DNA from: Octopus vulgaris
Taxonomy: Eukaryota
Assembly (NCBI GenBank): GCA_951406725.2
Contig: OX597815.1
Location: forward strand, 135,036,001-135,100,000
Direction of reading: 5' to 3'
Length of the DNA stretch: 64,000 bases
Below are positions 1 to 12,094 of the stretch, in pieces (within the stretch, counting starts at the first letter, position 1; the number at the start of each line of letters is the position of its first letter). Under the pieces are notes generated by a model, which made no database searches, was not told the origin of the DNA, and was given only the letters and a program-made list of their open reading frames with translations. Both the position numbers and the translations under genes were made by a program.

Positions 1-294
1 TTTCATCATCGTAGTTTGTATATATATATATATATATTACTGAGATATCAAATGAATTATATATATATTTACTAACAAAGATATGGCTATGTAAAAGGTA
101 TGTATATGGATAGACTGATAAGGGAGGAAACTTTCCCACTAAGACACATTAATTGTGTGCTAGTTGGCAAGTAAATACTCACAGTTGATGTACTGCTGTC
201 AGGTTCACATGAATCGTCCGACCATTGTAAAAGCATAGACTGATCAGACTATAAGGAGAAAATGGGCAAGAAAAAGAGGCCAACTTTAACAATA

Positions 295-332
<38 letters not shown>

Positions 333-788
333 ATCTATATATATATATATATATATATATGACTGTATATGTATATATAAACATGAATAAATGAATGAAT
401 GAATACATATAACTATATGTAAAAGTGTATTGTTAAAGTTAGTCTTCTTCTATATTTTTTTAAAAAAACAATGATAGCAACCGAGATAGCAATTATGTGT
501 GGACATATAGAATCCAATATCCTAACGATAGAATATTTAAAATTTCTAGGCAAATATAATATGTATGTATACATGCTCACACACACGTGTGTATATGTAT
601 GTATACATATATGAATATGTATGTATATATGTATGTATGTGTGCGTGTGTATGTGTATGTGTGTAATAGTGATGGGTATGGCTATGAGTTTAAGAAGTTC
701 ATTTTGCAACTATATGGTTTTAGGTTTAAATCTCACTGTGTTTCACTTAGATAACTAGAGGTGCTAGTTTCCAAGTGAGCATTATATA

Positions 789-833
<45 letters not shown>

Positions 834-921
834 GGGGGGATTCATGTGTGTATGCATATATGTGTGTGAGCATATATAATGCATATGTGTACATGCAGAC
901 ACACACACTCACACATATATA

Positions 922-1781
922 CGAGGTCTGATTAAGAAGTATCTGTAGCCATAGTAATGAACCTAAAGCACAGAGTGAAGCTTCTTGGCACAGATTGATT
1001 TGAATTCTGTTGTGTTTGTGCACAAAGTTTTAACATTCTAGCTCACTTCCACTGTTTATAGCAGTACTTGGAAGGAAGGTGTGTAGCATGTGATCGTTGC
1101 ATTGACCCATAACAGAGAAAGTTGTCATGGTGATACCTGCTCAGAAGCCTACGAAAAGTTGCAGAAAGTGTATGGAGAGGAGTTGTATAAGTCACACACA
1201 AGTGTACAAGTGGTTCAGACATTTTCAAGATGGCCAAAAAAATGTCAATTTTGATGACTGCTCTGGGAGACCCACAGCCAGCGGAACTAAGTAAAACATC
1301 ACAGATACGTGTGAAACTGTGGGAAAACTGTCGAATCACCATCCATGAATTATCAAAGGATGTGCAGATTAGTTACAGTTCAGTTTAGTCCATTATCACT
1401 GAAGATTTGGGCATGAGACGCGTGTCTACCAAGTTTGTGCCAGAACTGCTTTCAGTTGCACAAGATCTCCGTGATTGTGTTGAGAACAATGAAAACTTTT
1501 TGGAAACTCTGCGTAGGCCTCTGAGCAGGTATCACTGAGCTTTTGACAAAATTTGATGTAGATTCTCTGTTCAACTTTCTCTGTCATGGTCAATGCAACA
1601 ATCACACGCTACATACCTTCCTTCCAAGCACTGCTGTAAACAGCAGAAGTGAGCTAGAATGTTAAAACTTAGTGTGCATGCACAGCAGTGTTCAAGATCA
1701 ATCTGTGCCAAGCGGCTTCACCCTGTGTGATTTAGCTTCATTATTATGGCAACAGTCTGGATACTTATTGATCAGACCACG
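922..1781 (+). mobile_element. Non-autonomous mariner derivative with ~230-bp inverted ends
   Basis: TA-flanked termini CGAGGTCTGATTAAGAAGTATC / GATACTTATTGATCAGACCACG. The internal disrupted frame reads EAYEKLQKVYGEE..VYKWFRHFQDG..SGRP..RITIHEL..IITEDLGMRRVSTKFVPELLS (mariner HTH region and WVPHEL-like linker). No catalytic domain. Confidence 0.9.
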
Positions 1782-1797
1782 TATATATATATATATC

Positions 1798-1831
<34 letters not shown>

Positions 1832-2020
1832 GAGAGAGACAGATAGATAGAAAGATAGATACACATGATTTTTAGTTCAGTTTGGTTGTAAAAGAATATA
1901 TCAATAATATGCAGTTTTCAAACCCACACTAGCATGGTAAAATGGATATGTATATATGTATTTGTGTGTATATACATACATGCATGTGTGTGCATACATA
2001 TATATATATATATATATATA

Positions 2021-2356
2021 TAAATTAGAAAAAAACCACCTTTTATCAATTCAAAATGAAAAATTTAATTATACCATCTAGAAAATTACATATAATAGAA
2101 ATATTAAATATAAGATAAAAAATAATATACCGATGATTAAGTAATGTGCAAAATAATAAATAAACGTATATAGCCACAAAACACGTGTCGTTATTCTACC
2201 AAATACATACATTTTATTTATTATTTTGCACATTACTTAATCATCGGTATATTATTTTTTATCTTATATTTAATATTTCTATTATATGTAATTTTCTAGA
2301 TAGTATAATTTAATTTTTCATTTTAAATTGATAAAAGGTGTTTTTTTTCTAATTTA
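2021..2356. repeat. AT-rich fold-back element (~145-bp arms, ~40-nt loop) embedded in (TA)n
   Basis: TAAATTAGAAAAAAACCACCTTTTATCAAT...GTGCAAAATAATAAATAAA is reverse-complemented at ~2207-2356; (TA)n on both sides. Confidence 0.9.
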
Positions 2357-2375
2357 TATATATATATATATATAT

Positions 2376-2729
2376 AACAATTGCAGCGAGGAAGGTGTTT
2401 ATAAGCCATTTAAGAAACACACAAAAGCCGTTCGATTCACTTCAACATTTAAGTTTAATTTGTCAAAATATTTTCGGTGCTAAAATCCGCGACCTGTTCA
2501 CTGACAAAAATCCGTGCTGCAGGAGATGCAGCACGGATTTTTGTCAGTGAACAGGTCGCGGATTTTAGCGACGAAAATATTTTGACAAATTAAACTTAAA
2601 TGTTGAAGTGAATCGAACAGCTTTTGTGTGTTTCTTAAATGGCTTATAAACACCTTCCACGCTGCAATTGTTTTCGTTTCAGCACACGATCTCAGATCAA
2701 ATTACTTGCTATGCGAGTACATCTCCGTA

Positions 2730-2730
<1 letters not shown>
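2376..2730. mobile_element. Near-perfect palindromic insertion in (TA)n, probable Penelope-like element end (inverted pseudo-LTR)
   Basis: Arms 2376-2521 and 2527-2672 with about 4 mismatches by eye, 5-nt loop GGAGA, one-sided extension 2673-2730, CpG retained, hammerhead-like motif in each arm. The palindrome is directly seen; the Penelope assignment is inferred. Confidence 0.65.
2540..2589 (+). ncRNA. Candidate minimal type-I hammerhead ribozyme, G3-C8 core variant
   Basis: Stem I TTTGTCA/TGACAAA; core GTGAACA plus extra G; stem II GTCGC/GCGAC with 8-nt loop; GAA; palindromic AATATT stem III; T at position 17. A second copy with a damaged stem II lies on the minus strand at ~2459-2508. Confidence 0.55.
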
Positions 2731-2777
<47 letters not shown>

Positions 2778-2845
2778 TGAAATTTGATTTAGTTTTTCTA
2801 AATTGAATTTTTCCCTGTAAGTTTGAAATAATATTCCCTCAATTT

Positions 2846-2877
<32 letters not shown>

Positions 2878-2885
2878 TATATATG

Positions 2886-3134
2886 TTCTTTTATTTGTTT
2901 CAGTCATTTGATGGTGGCCATGCTGGAGCACCGCCTTTAGTTGAGCAAATTGACCCCAGGACTTATTCATGCGATGGGCTTCTTTCAGTTTCTGTCTACG
3001 AAATCCACTCACAAAGCTTTGATCAGCCTGAGGCTATAGTAGAGGACACTTGCCCAAGGTGCCATGCAATGGGACTGAACCTGGAACCATGTGGTTGGTA
3101 AGCAACCTACTTACCACACAGCCACTCCAGTGCC
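2886..3134 (-). mobile_element. tRNA-derived SINE family A, internally deleted copy
   Basis: Reverse complement of the head and tail of the full copy at 20990-21400; central microsatellite segment missing. Confidence 0.85.
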
Positions 3135-3182
3135 TGTATATATATACAATATGCATGAATGTATATATATTTATATACATGT

Positions 3183-3216
<34 letters not shown>

Positions 3217-3225
3217 TTCACATAG

Positions 3226-3600
3226 CATCATTTAATGCTGGCATGGGTTGGATGGTTTGATTGGAGCTGGTAAAGCTGGAGCCACACCAGGTTCCATTGT
3301 CTGTTCTAGCATGGTTTCTATGACTGCATGCCCTCCCTAATGCCAACCACTCTACAAAGTGTACTGGGTGCTTTTTATATACATGCAAATATCATTATCA
3401 TAGTTTAACATTTGGCCTCCATGGTTTCATGGACTGGGTGGTTTGACAAGGTCTGATGAGTTAGAGGATTCTGTTAAGCTCCAATGTCAACTTCAACATG
3501 GCTTTTTCTTACGGCTAGGTGCTGTTCCCAACATGAACTACTTTACAGAGTGTAGTGGGTGCTTTTTTTCACAGCACCAGCACTAGAGAAGATTTCTTCG
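3226..3600 (-). mobile_element. Two tandem copies of an RTE-tailed short repeat family
   Basis: CATCATTTAA..GCATGGGTTGGATGGTTTGA..CCTAATGCCAACCACT..GGGTGCTTTTT. The family recurs at ~6480-6700 (opposite strand), 21430-21620, 22885-23100, 26630-26757, 32765-33236, 47710-47870, 55100-55325 (opposite strand), 59940-60170 and 60535-60665. The (GAT)n tail end resembles the RTE 3' fragment at ~5400-5640. Confidence 0.75.
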
Positions 3601-4619
3601 AAACTTGCAAGGTTAAGAGCCTAAATACTCCCTATAACTGAGAAGAAAGAAAAAAGATAAAGTGAGCTATTTTAGTAGGTGGGTAAGTATGGTGAGTGGA
3701 ATAGACTTCTAGTTGTGATAGGGTGGTAGTGAAGCGAGTAAGAGAGTAGTAGGGTAGTCCTAATTGGGATGAGGATGGCAGAGAACAGGGGAAGGCATTA
3801 GTGATAGGGATTATTGGGAAAAGTGGGTGTGTAGAATGGAAAAGTGTTAGAGTGAGTTGTGTAGGTGAGGTCTAGGGCTTTATAAGAGCATAACAGGAGA
3901 TATGAGGGAAAGGTTGCAGGAAGGGAACAGTGGATTAGAGTGGAGAGAAATCCAGAGAGAGTCACTGAAGGAAAGAGAAACGTTGGGGTAAGCCAGAGGC
4001 AGAAAGATGAGAATGAGTGAAGGAGCAGAGAAGCTATAGGGAGAAGATTTGAGAATGTAAAAGAAAATGGAGAAAAAGATGATGGAGCAGTGGGGAGCAA
4101 AAACAGTGAAAAAGACCCTGGAGAATAACAGAAAGATAGAAGGAAGGAAATGAGCAAATTGTGAATGCAACAAAAGCTTCCCATGAGGCAGTGGAAAGGC
4201 CACCAATGAGATGTCAGTGGAGAGAGGTTGGTGAGAAAGAGAGATGGTTAGACTGAGATGTAGATGGTTGCAGCAAGAGCAGTGAGGGAAATGCTTAAGG
4301 ACACCCTAGAATGGTGAGGGCAGGTAGTGAGACAAAGATAAGAAATGTTGTTTGAATATATCATGAAATATATGAAAGATATCACAAAAAATTTTCTTCT
4401 TTTTTTCTTAAATCATGTGAATAATTTGATTCAAAACAACTCCTTTAATTTCTGGATCTGATGAGAATATTTCAAACATCATTTTTTAAAGTAACATTGC
4501 ATTCTGCTTTTAAACAATATATACAAGGCTATATATAAAATATGTTTATGTGTGTGTGCCTATACACATATATAATATATATATACACATGCACATATTT
4601 ACATTTGTTCATGCCTGTT

Positions 4620-4920
4620 TTTCCTTGCAAGAAATGAAAAGATATACAGTCATTGTTGCTATATGTGTGGAAAACAGAAATTGCAAAATTTCTAAATGTC
4701 ATAAAATCTTTTGTGCACTAAGTTCAGATGGATGTAGACGGCACTGACAGGAATGTTTGAACTGTATCAAAGAAACAAAAGTATTTTAAAATTCAGACAC
4801 CACAATTCACCCAATGTGTTCAAAACATTATCAATGATGATTCTGCAAAATCAATGATGATTGGAGAGACCAATTCATATCAGCAAAGACACAGGAAGAC
4901 CATTTCATCTATGCCAAGTA
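4620..4920 (+). mobile_element. Degenerate 5' fragment of a Tc1/mariner (maT-like) transposase
   Basis: QEMKRYTVIVAI..(E)IAKFLNV resembles the N-terminal HTH of DD37D transposases; heavily decayed. Confidence 0.4.
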
Positions 4921-7900
4921 GTTACTTAACAAGACTAAAAAAAACCCACAAACATGGCCTGCTTTGGTTCTTCTCGAATGAGAGAACCTCTGATCTAGCA
5001 TGAGAAATGACAGATTAAGTGTATGTGTGTATCTGTGCACACATGAATATACTTACATATAAATAAGTATAAACACACATATACATATATGTATCTATCA
5101 TCATGATTTTATGTCCACTTTCCATTGGAATCTTTAAGCCTTGTATTTTACATCATGGGATTGGAGGACAGTTTGTAAGCTTATATTTGTATCAGAAAGC
5201 AGAAATTGTAAGCAGATTATAGGTTAGTGCTCCAGTGGTGAGATTTTATGAAGAATTTGATATGAAAATGACAAGAGTCTGAGATATATTAAAGGTGAAG
5301 TAGAAACTCAGTTTATTTTCTTTAATGCAAATTGTAAATTCTCAGCTATGTCTGTAATAGAGCAAAATTGAGCAGAGGGAAAAGCTGGTGTGATAGGAAT
5401 GAGATGTAGTGTTCAAGACCAGGCAGGTAAAGTTATGGAGAAAGTTAGTTGCCAAGCACTCAAACTGGATATAACCTGTCAAAGAACAAGACATAGGAAG
5501 AGATGAGGTGAAGTAAAGAAGATTAACCTCAAAATGTTGAACCACACAAAGGGGATGACAAAGAACTGCAATACATAGCAACATGTAATACTGGAGATCT
5601 GCTCACCCATGAAAACATGGCAAAATGGATATTAAAATGGTAGAAGAAATGAAAGTTGGCTGTGTAATATCTACATTTGGGTTTCTTGCTCACTACATAA
5701 ATCTCCTACTGCTATTTCCCTCCTGCATTACCTTCTCGCCTATCACTGTACACCTGTGTAATGACAGGTAAGCATTAGATCTGTATATGTTAAACTGCAT
5801 CCTACATTTTCCCTTTATCATTCTTCCTCGCCACATGTGTAATGCGAGATGATATTAGACTTGTCTGTGTGTAATCCCTTTACGATTACTCTTCTTTATT
5901 ACTAGTCCCTCTTGCTCACATCATTCCCTTCCACAATGTCCATTACTGTCATCACTTTCTTTTTCTCTCCCTTTTATCAACAACCAACCCTACTGCTATT
6001 CATCATTTTCTCTTTCTCTTACCATTGTGCAGTCTCATCATCTTTATTGCTACTCATCACACTTTTACCTTTTTATTGGTGACACACTACTCTCACTCTC
6101 TCTCATCATCTGTCATTCCTCTTCTGTCACCAGTCTTCGCATCTATCACTCATTCACCATATTGCTCATGCTGCTTTTCTACTCAATTCCCCTACCAGCA
6201 TGTATCAGCTTATCATAATTACTCTCTAGTCACTCACTCCTTTATCACACTCTTGGCCTATCCATATATTTCATCTTATTCTCCCTTCTATTACCATCTC
6301 TCATTCATTCTTGATCATGCAGTCTTGAATGAATTAGGACATTGTAGAATAGAATGGACAATTTGGACTTACCAAGACAGACAACCTCAGCAAGGCTGCT
6401 GTCAAGATAAACATACTCAGTAAAGGTTGTTGGCAAAAGAACTGAGCCAATATACAATAGAAAGAATTCTCAAGTCTTTCTGAAGGCACAACAGATTCTC
6501 TGTAGCTGGTGCTACAATAAAATACACTTAGTACACTCTGTAAAGTGGTTAGCATTAGGAAGGGCATCAGCTGAAGAAATCATGCTATAGATGAAATATA
6601 TAAGTGAGATGTAGTTCTTTGATCCATCTAGAAGGACAGCAAGACTGTAACAACCAGTTCAAATGATGCCAATATGGAAAGCAGACATAAAATGATGTTG
6701 ATAAGTACATGCACGCATGTGTGTGTGTGCGTATACATGTCAGAGGGTGAAAGTGCATAAGCTAGTGGTTGGGCTCATGACTGCAATGTCATGAGTTCAA
6801 TTCTTGGACCAGGCAGCATGCTGTGTCCTTGAGAGAGGTACTTCATTTCACATTGCTTTTGTTTACTCAGCTGAAAATAAGTACCCACTAGCTGTAGGTG
6901 CGACTCTCTATCCTTCCAACCATTCAATCCCCAATGTTCTACAGGGTTAAGAGTGAGTCTATGTCTGCTTGTCAGTAATTAGGGACTTAAAATAATTAGC
7001 AAATGTGTGGGAGCAAACAACTATATAAGCTACTCATTTACTAGTGATACCTGAAATTATATATATATGTGTATATATATGTGTGTGTGTGTCTAGGTGT
7101 GTATATACACACACATGAATGTATGTGTGTGTGTGTGATATTTTCTAGAAATGTTAATATTTTGTGTTTGGAATATTGGATTCTATGTATCCAGTAATAA
7201 TTGCTATTTTGGTCACTGTTATTGATATCGGTACCATGAAGCAGCAGCATTTATATAAATTCAACAGTTTTATATCATATAATTTTACAAAATATGCATA
7301 CATTTCTATATTAAAGTATTTAAAAAAAAAATATGTAACTTAAAGAAACATACACAGCTTATAAGCACATATGTTTCAGTGTCTTAGTAACATTAGTTAT
7401 GTCTGTGGAGTAGAGAACAAAAAAAAAAAACAACAAAAAACTGATACCTTTCATGATAAAGGTTCTAATTGGGAACTGAACTGAAAAAAATTACATGGAA
7501 TACACATATGTATGTATGTATGCATGTGTGTGTGTGTGTGTGAATGAATGCAGGTGTGTGTGTGTATATGTACATATATATAATGAACAAATAAAAACAA
7601 TTTAGACATTGATCCAATTGGACTGTTGCAGATTGTGACATTAAATGTTAGAATAATACATTGGAAAACCGAGATTACTTGACAATAACTCACCTAAAAT
7701 TATATACATGTAGATTAAAGCATTATACCAAAATACCTTTTCAGTATCTAATACAGAACTGATTCACTTAAAATATTGATTTCACCTCTAAAGTTACACA
7801 TTTTTATGTAGGATACACTTGATTAAATCATTTAACTGGATCTTATTTTAGAAACCCTCAGATTGTTGACAGTCAATATAAACCTCAGAGGTATTGAGCT

Positions 7901-7992
7901 CACAATGTAAAAGGACAAAACAAAATACTGCTAGACATTTTGTCCAAACTCTACCAATGTCAGTCCAGCATTGCAGATGGAAAGTTCTAATC

Positions 7993-8190
7993 CAGTGGTT
8001 CCCAAACTTTTTAGAGTCGCGACCCACTATTTATCACACCAGTTTATGATGACCTACTAATAAGTCTTGAACTATCTCGATAGACAGCAGTTAATCAAAG
8101 CTAATGCGTAATTTTATAACTTTTAGTGACCCACTAAGATTCCGTTCGCAACCCATCTGTGGGTCGCGACTCATAGTTTGGGAACCACTG
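7993..8190. mobile_element. hAT (Charlie/Buster-type) MITE
   Basis: TIRs CAGTGGTTCCCAAACT / AGTTTGGGAACCACTG; perfect 8-bp TSD TTCTAATC (7985-7992, 8191-8198) with central TA; subterminal GTCGCGAC motifs. Confidence 0.95.
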
Positions 8191-8824
8191 TTCTAATCTA
8201 TTTAACTAAACCAGAAACATACTGTGTATAATACAGTTTGGGTTCTGTCCCCTTACAAACAGTTAATCTGAAGATCTTATTTTTAATAAGCCAATTTTTA
8301 AATGAATTGCTAATCATCAAACTGCATCACCATCACCACCACTTTTAACATCATCAAGGTAGATTTTCTATGGCTGGATGTTCTTCTTGTCACCAATGCT
8401 CACCTGTTTCCAAGCAAGCTATATGCATATTACAGAATTTCAATGAATTCATATAACTGCATGCATAATTATAATGAAATTCATAATCAAGCACCTAGTT
8501 TACTACAGTGTTAGAGAGCACCATTGTTATAATTATTTATACCTATAATATTGTTTTTCAGAACATTTATGTGTTCCAGTGTTATACTTTAAACAACCTT
8601 AACCATGGAAGAAAATCAAAGACAATCAAAATCTTTGTATTTAATGAAACAAGTCTGAGTGTTATATTTCAAACAAGCTTAACTATAGAAAACTGAAATT
8701 ATAATTAAAATCTATAACATAATGAAATTAAGTTATGTTTATTTCTATAAACAGAAATAAAATTATAAACAGTGAAATTTCCATGGTACCTGCTAATTCT
8801 TGTTGTTGTTGTTGTTGTTGTTGA

Positions 8825-8857
<33 letters not shown>

Positions 8858-10109
8858 AAGGTAGTGGATTAGCAGAATCATTAAAGCATTGAAATTTATA
8901 ACACGTGTTTTATAGCAAGTCATTGTTGTAAAAATTGAACATCTGTCTATCTATTGTATTATCTGTATGTTAATAACTGTGTTCTTGCTTTGTAAAAAAT
9001 AGGTAACGGTATATCCTGGATATGAGTATTACCAACTATATAATACTTAAGTATCTCTTAAATAGTTATTGTCGAAATGAAGTTTGGTGTTTTATAGCAG
9101 AAAATAACCATAGAACATGACAGCAAGAATTGAATTGAGAGAGGCAGAGGAAAGATTAGGGAAAAGACAATGAGAAAAAAATAAAAATTAGGAATAAATA
9201 GAGTAGAACTAGGAACAGTGAGAAACAGGATGTACAGAATGAAATTTATGCAACAAATGGAGTTAGAAGATGTCATGTGATGAATGATGAAGTTGAAACT
9301 TATAGGAAAAGAATGAGAAATGTTAATCAAGAAAGAAGGCAAAATATAAACGATGATGATATGCAAACAGAAAACAGACTGAAGAGAATTGACAAGATTT
9401 CCCAGAAATTAATCAAAGGATTATGAATGAAAAGATAGAATATTATTACTGAGAGGGGAGAGGTTTATGACTGATACTCTACCAAAAATGGAATGTGAAT
9501 TTTCCACAGGTATTGCAAGTAATTTGAGGAAGTTGAACACTAATAAAAAGACAAGTTGTAGTTACATGAAATTCCAGTTTGGTAAAAATATGATTTGCAC
9601 ATTTTCAAAAGTTAAGAGGAATAGATGCAATTAAAATGACACTGACAAATATAGAGGCACCCTCACAACTGTAGTGGCACTTCTGGAAGTGGAGAAGTAT
9701 AAAATTAACAAATGTGGTAAAGCAAATTATCACTTGATAGAAGCAATGTAGTACCTTGGTATAATATATATCCTGTGTACTGATAATAAATGGTGAACTA
9801 CAAAAGATGGGAGGAAAGGAATTTTTCACTGTTCTGAAATTGTTATGGTTTCTTTCAGTATGGGAAACTTTAGTTGAAGGTCGGTAGCCAATCATTTTCA
9901 ATAAAAATAAACGTTTACACTTGTTTTTTGAATAATGAAGTGAAACATTTTATCTGAATATAATGAGTTAATTCTTAGCTTATTTAACTAAAACTCAAAA
10001 ACAGATTCTGGGGCATGTTTTTTCAGTGAAATACAACAATAACAACAAGAAAATGTCATTGGTAACATCATTCTGAATGCAATTCATCATAAGATATATG
10101 TCAATAAAT

Positions 10110-10890
10110 GCTATATGTATTTCAAGTTGGTTGATGCTTGTTCCAGTTGCAAAGTTAGCCTTCGGTGTGACTAATGCATAAGTGCTTTGAAATGTACTTA
10201 CTCATTAGTTGCATCAAAAACAGAATGATAACTAACAATAATACCAAAGAAGTTCACACCTATCTTGATGATGCCATTGATATTGCAAAAAATATTGAGA
10301 TGCACAATGAGAATTTGGTTTCATTATTGTAGTTACTGCAAAAGTTAACATTACATTAAACAATGAGAAATATCTCAGCTACACATCCATTCATTACCTA
10401 AGATACAATAGAAGATAATTCTTTGCAACTTGAAGATTGCAATCCTTTGTTGATTATACATCTTGCTATTCTAAACAACTACTATGACAACAAAGTTCGT
10501 TTAGTTACTGTTCTGAATTGGTGTTCTCTGATTTGGAATTAATTCAACTCCTTGCAAGAACCTTAATTTTATACAGCAAAAAAAGACACCTAGATACTAA
10601 CCATTTGTTTAAAACTTCAATTTTTAATGTGTTTCTCACCTATTTTAATTGAAGTTCACATGTTGAAACTGGTGCTTCTAGAAGTACGATTTCTGGCACC
10701 CTTTCATAGTGTAATAAACCTATTGTTTTCTTCTCTAGAACTCTTTTTTCATTCCGAACAAACTCTTTCAACAATTGCAAAAGACAGTATGCTTAAAGTG
10801 TTAGGAAATTGCAAACTATATTTTACTCTGAAACTACTTATATATTGTACACTGATTGATCAACAAGTGATCATGTTCATGGATTATAGA
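10110..10890 (+). mobile_element. Decayed Ty3/Gypsy pol fragment (RT + RNase H)
   Basis: LAFGVTNA (~10155; cf. PFGL.NA), YLDDAIDIAKNIEMHNENL (10261), and VETGASRSTISGTLS*CNKPIVFFSRTL..SEQTLSTIAKD (~10660-10785; cf. TDAS..PIAFFSRTL..E..YSTIEKE). Frameshifted, with stops. Confidence 0.75.
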
Positions 10891-11084
10891 AAATTTTCTA
10901 AAGATCTTGGCCTTGAAATACTACAGAGTGGCTTTACTTGTTCCGGGTAAAGTCAACAAGCATGGCTATGTTGAAACTGCCTGAAACTGAACCTATCTAA
11001 GAAGTACTTAGGGTAACTCCTTTCTCCATATAGCATGCATTTGTTCAGTGTTGGTGCATTGCTGATTTGTGGATTTATTCTGAA

Positions 11085-11275
11085 GGGTGTGGGAGTCATG
11101 ATTGTAAGATTGTGGTTTTGATTCCTGGACTGGGCAATGCATTGTGTTCTTGAGTAAAATATTTTATTTTTTGTTGCTCCAGTCAACTCAGCTAGTAAAA
11201 ATGAGAAATCCTGCGAAGGTCCAGGGAGGAATATATACACAAGAGAAACTAGGAAACTGGCCCTATGCTCCCTAT
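11085..11275 (+). mobile_element. tRNA-derived SINE family C, decayed copy
   Basis: Matches the reverse complement of 31014-31250 (TTGTGGTTTTGATTCCTGGAC..TTGTGTTCTTGAG..TTGCTCCAGTCAACTCAGCT). Another copy lies at ~6742-6900. Confidence 0.75.
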
Positions 11276-12094
11276 GGAGTAATGTGGACTGACCCACAAT
11301 AATGGAGAAAGCAAAAAAAGAAAAAATGTATCGTACCATGTGTAAAATACATTTGGCTATCAGGTAACTCAACAGTGAAGTTCAACCTACTGCTTTAATT
11401 TGGAAAGGAAGAGTGGACAGTTGTCTTTGGCTTGGAGGTAAAAATAAAGGAAGTCATCCAGAATGTGGTTGGAATATTTGAGAGCAGAGCTTTTCTTCTT
11501 AGACCAAACACTTACAAACTTCTTTAAGTATTTCATGAAAAGGCTAGAGAGGGAATGAACTGCTCTCCAATTAATTTTATAAAAGGTAGATGAGAGTGGC
11601 AAAACTAGTATGGCTAAATGAGCCTAATCTGAATACAAAGCTGTGTGGTGGTAGCTGAAACTAAGACAAAGAACTTGCTTTTGGTATATGCTATGTGTTG
11701 GCTCCACCCACCACTTTGAGGATCTTTTCTTGTTATTCTCTTGATCTGCATAGCTATTTCTATTTATTGTTATTTAATTTGTTAATGTGTCTATTGTGTT
11801 GATTTCAGTTTTATCAATGTCCACAATATCTTAGATGCTTGCAACCAAAAAACAAAATTATCCTAATCATTATTAGAGCCTTTGCTAAGGTGGCAATGCA
11901 GTAAAATTGTTAATGCATGAAACATAATGCAAAGTAGCATTTCTTCTGACCCTTTATGTTCTGAATGCAAATTCCACCTTTCATCCTTTCTTGAGTACAA
12001 CTGGTATCGATATAATAAACCTGCTCTCAACCCTTAAAACTGCTAGCCTTGAGTCAAAATTTGTAACTATTATTACAGCTCTTGGCATCATAAG

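Noticed and set aside
107-125. TGGATAGACTGATAAGGG resembles miR-184
   Set aside because: The seed differs, there are indels, and there is no precursor hairpin; it lies in a TA-embedded repeat.
4455-4485. CTGATGAGAATATTTCAAAC as a hammerhead
   Set aside because: No GAAA and no stem I; a chance match is likely.
9050-9900. Purine-rich stretch possibly derived from an old LINE RT
   Set aside because: Only vague QFG..DAI-like traces; not enough colinear motifs.
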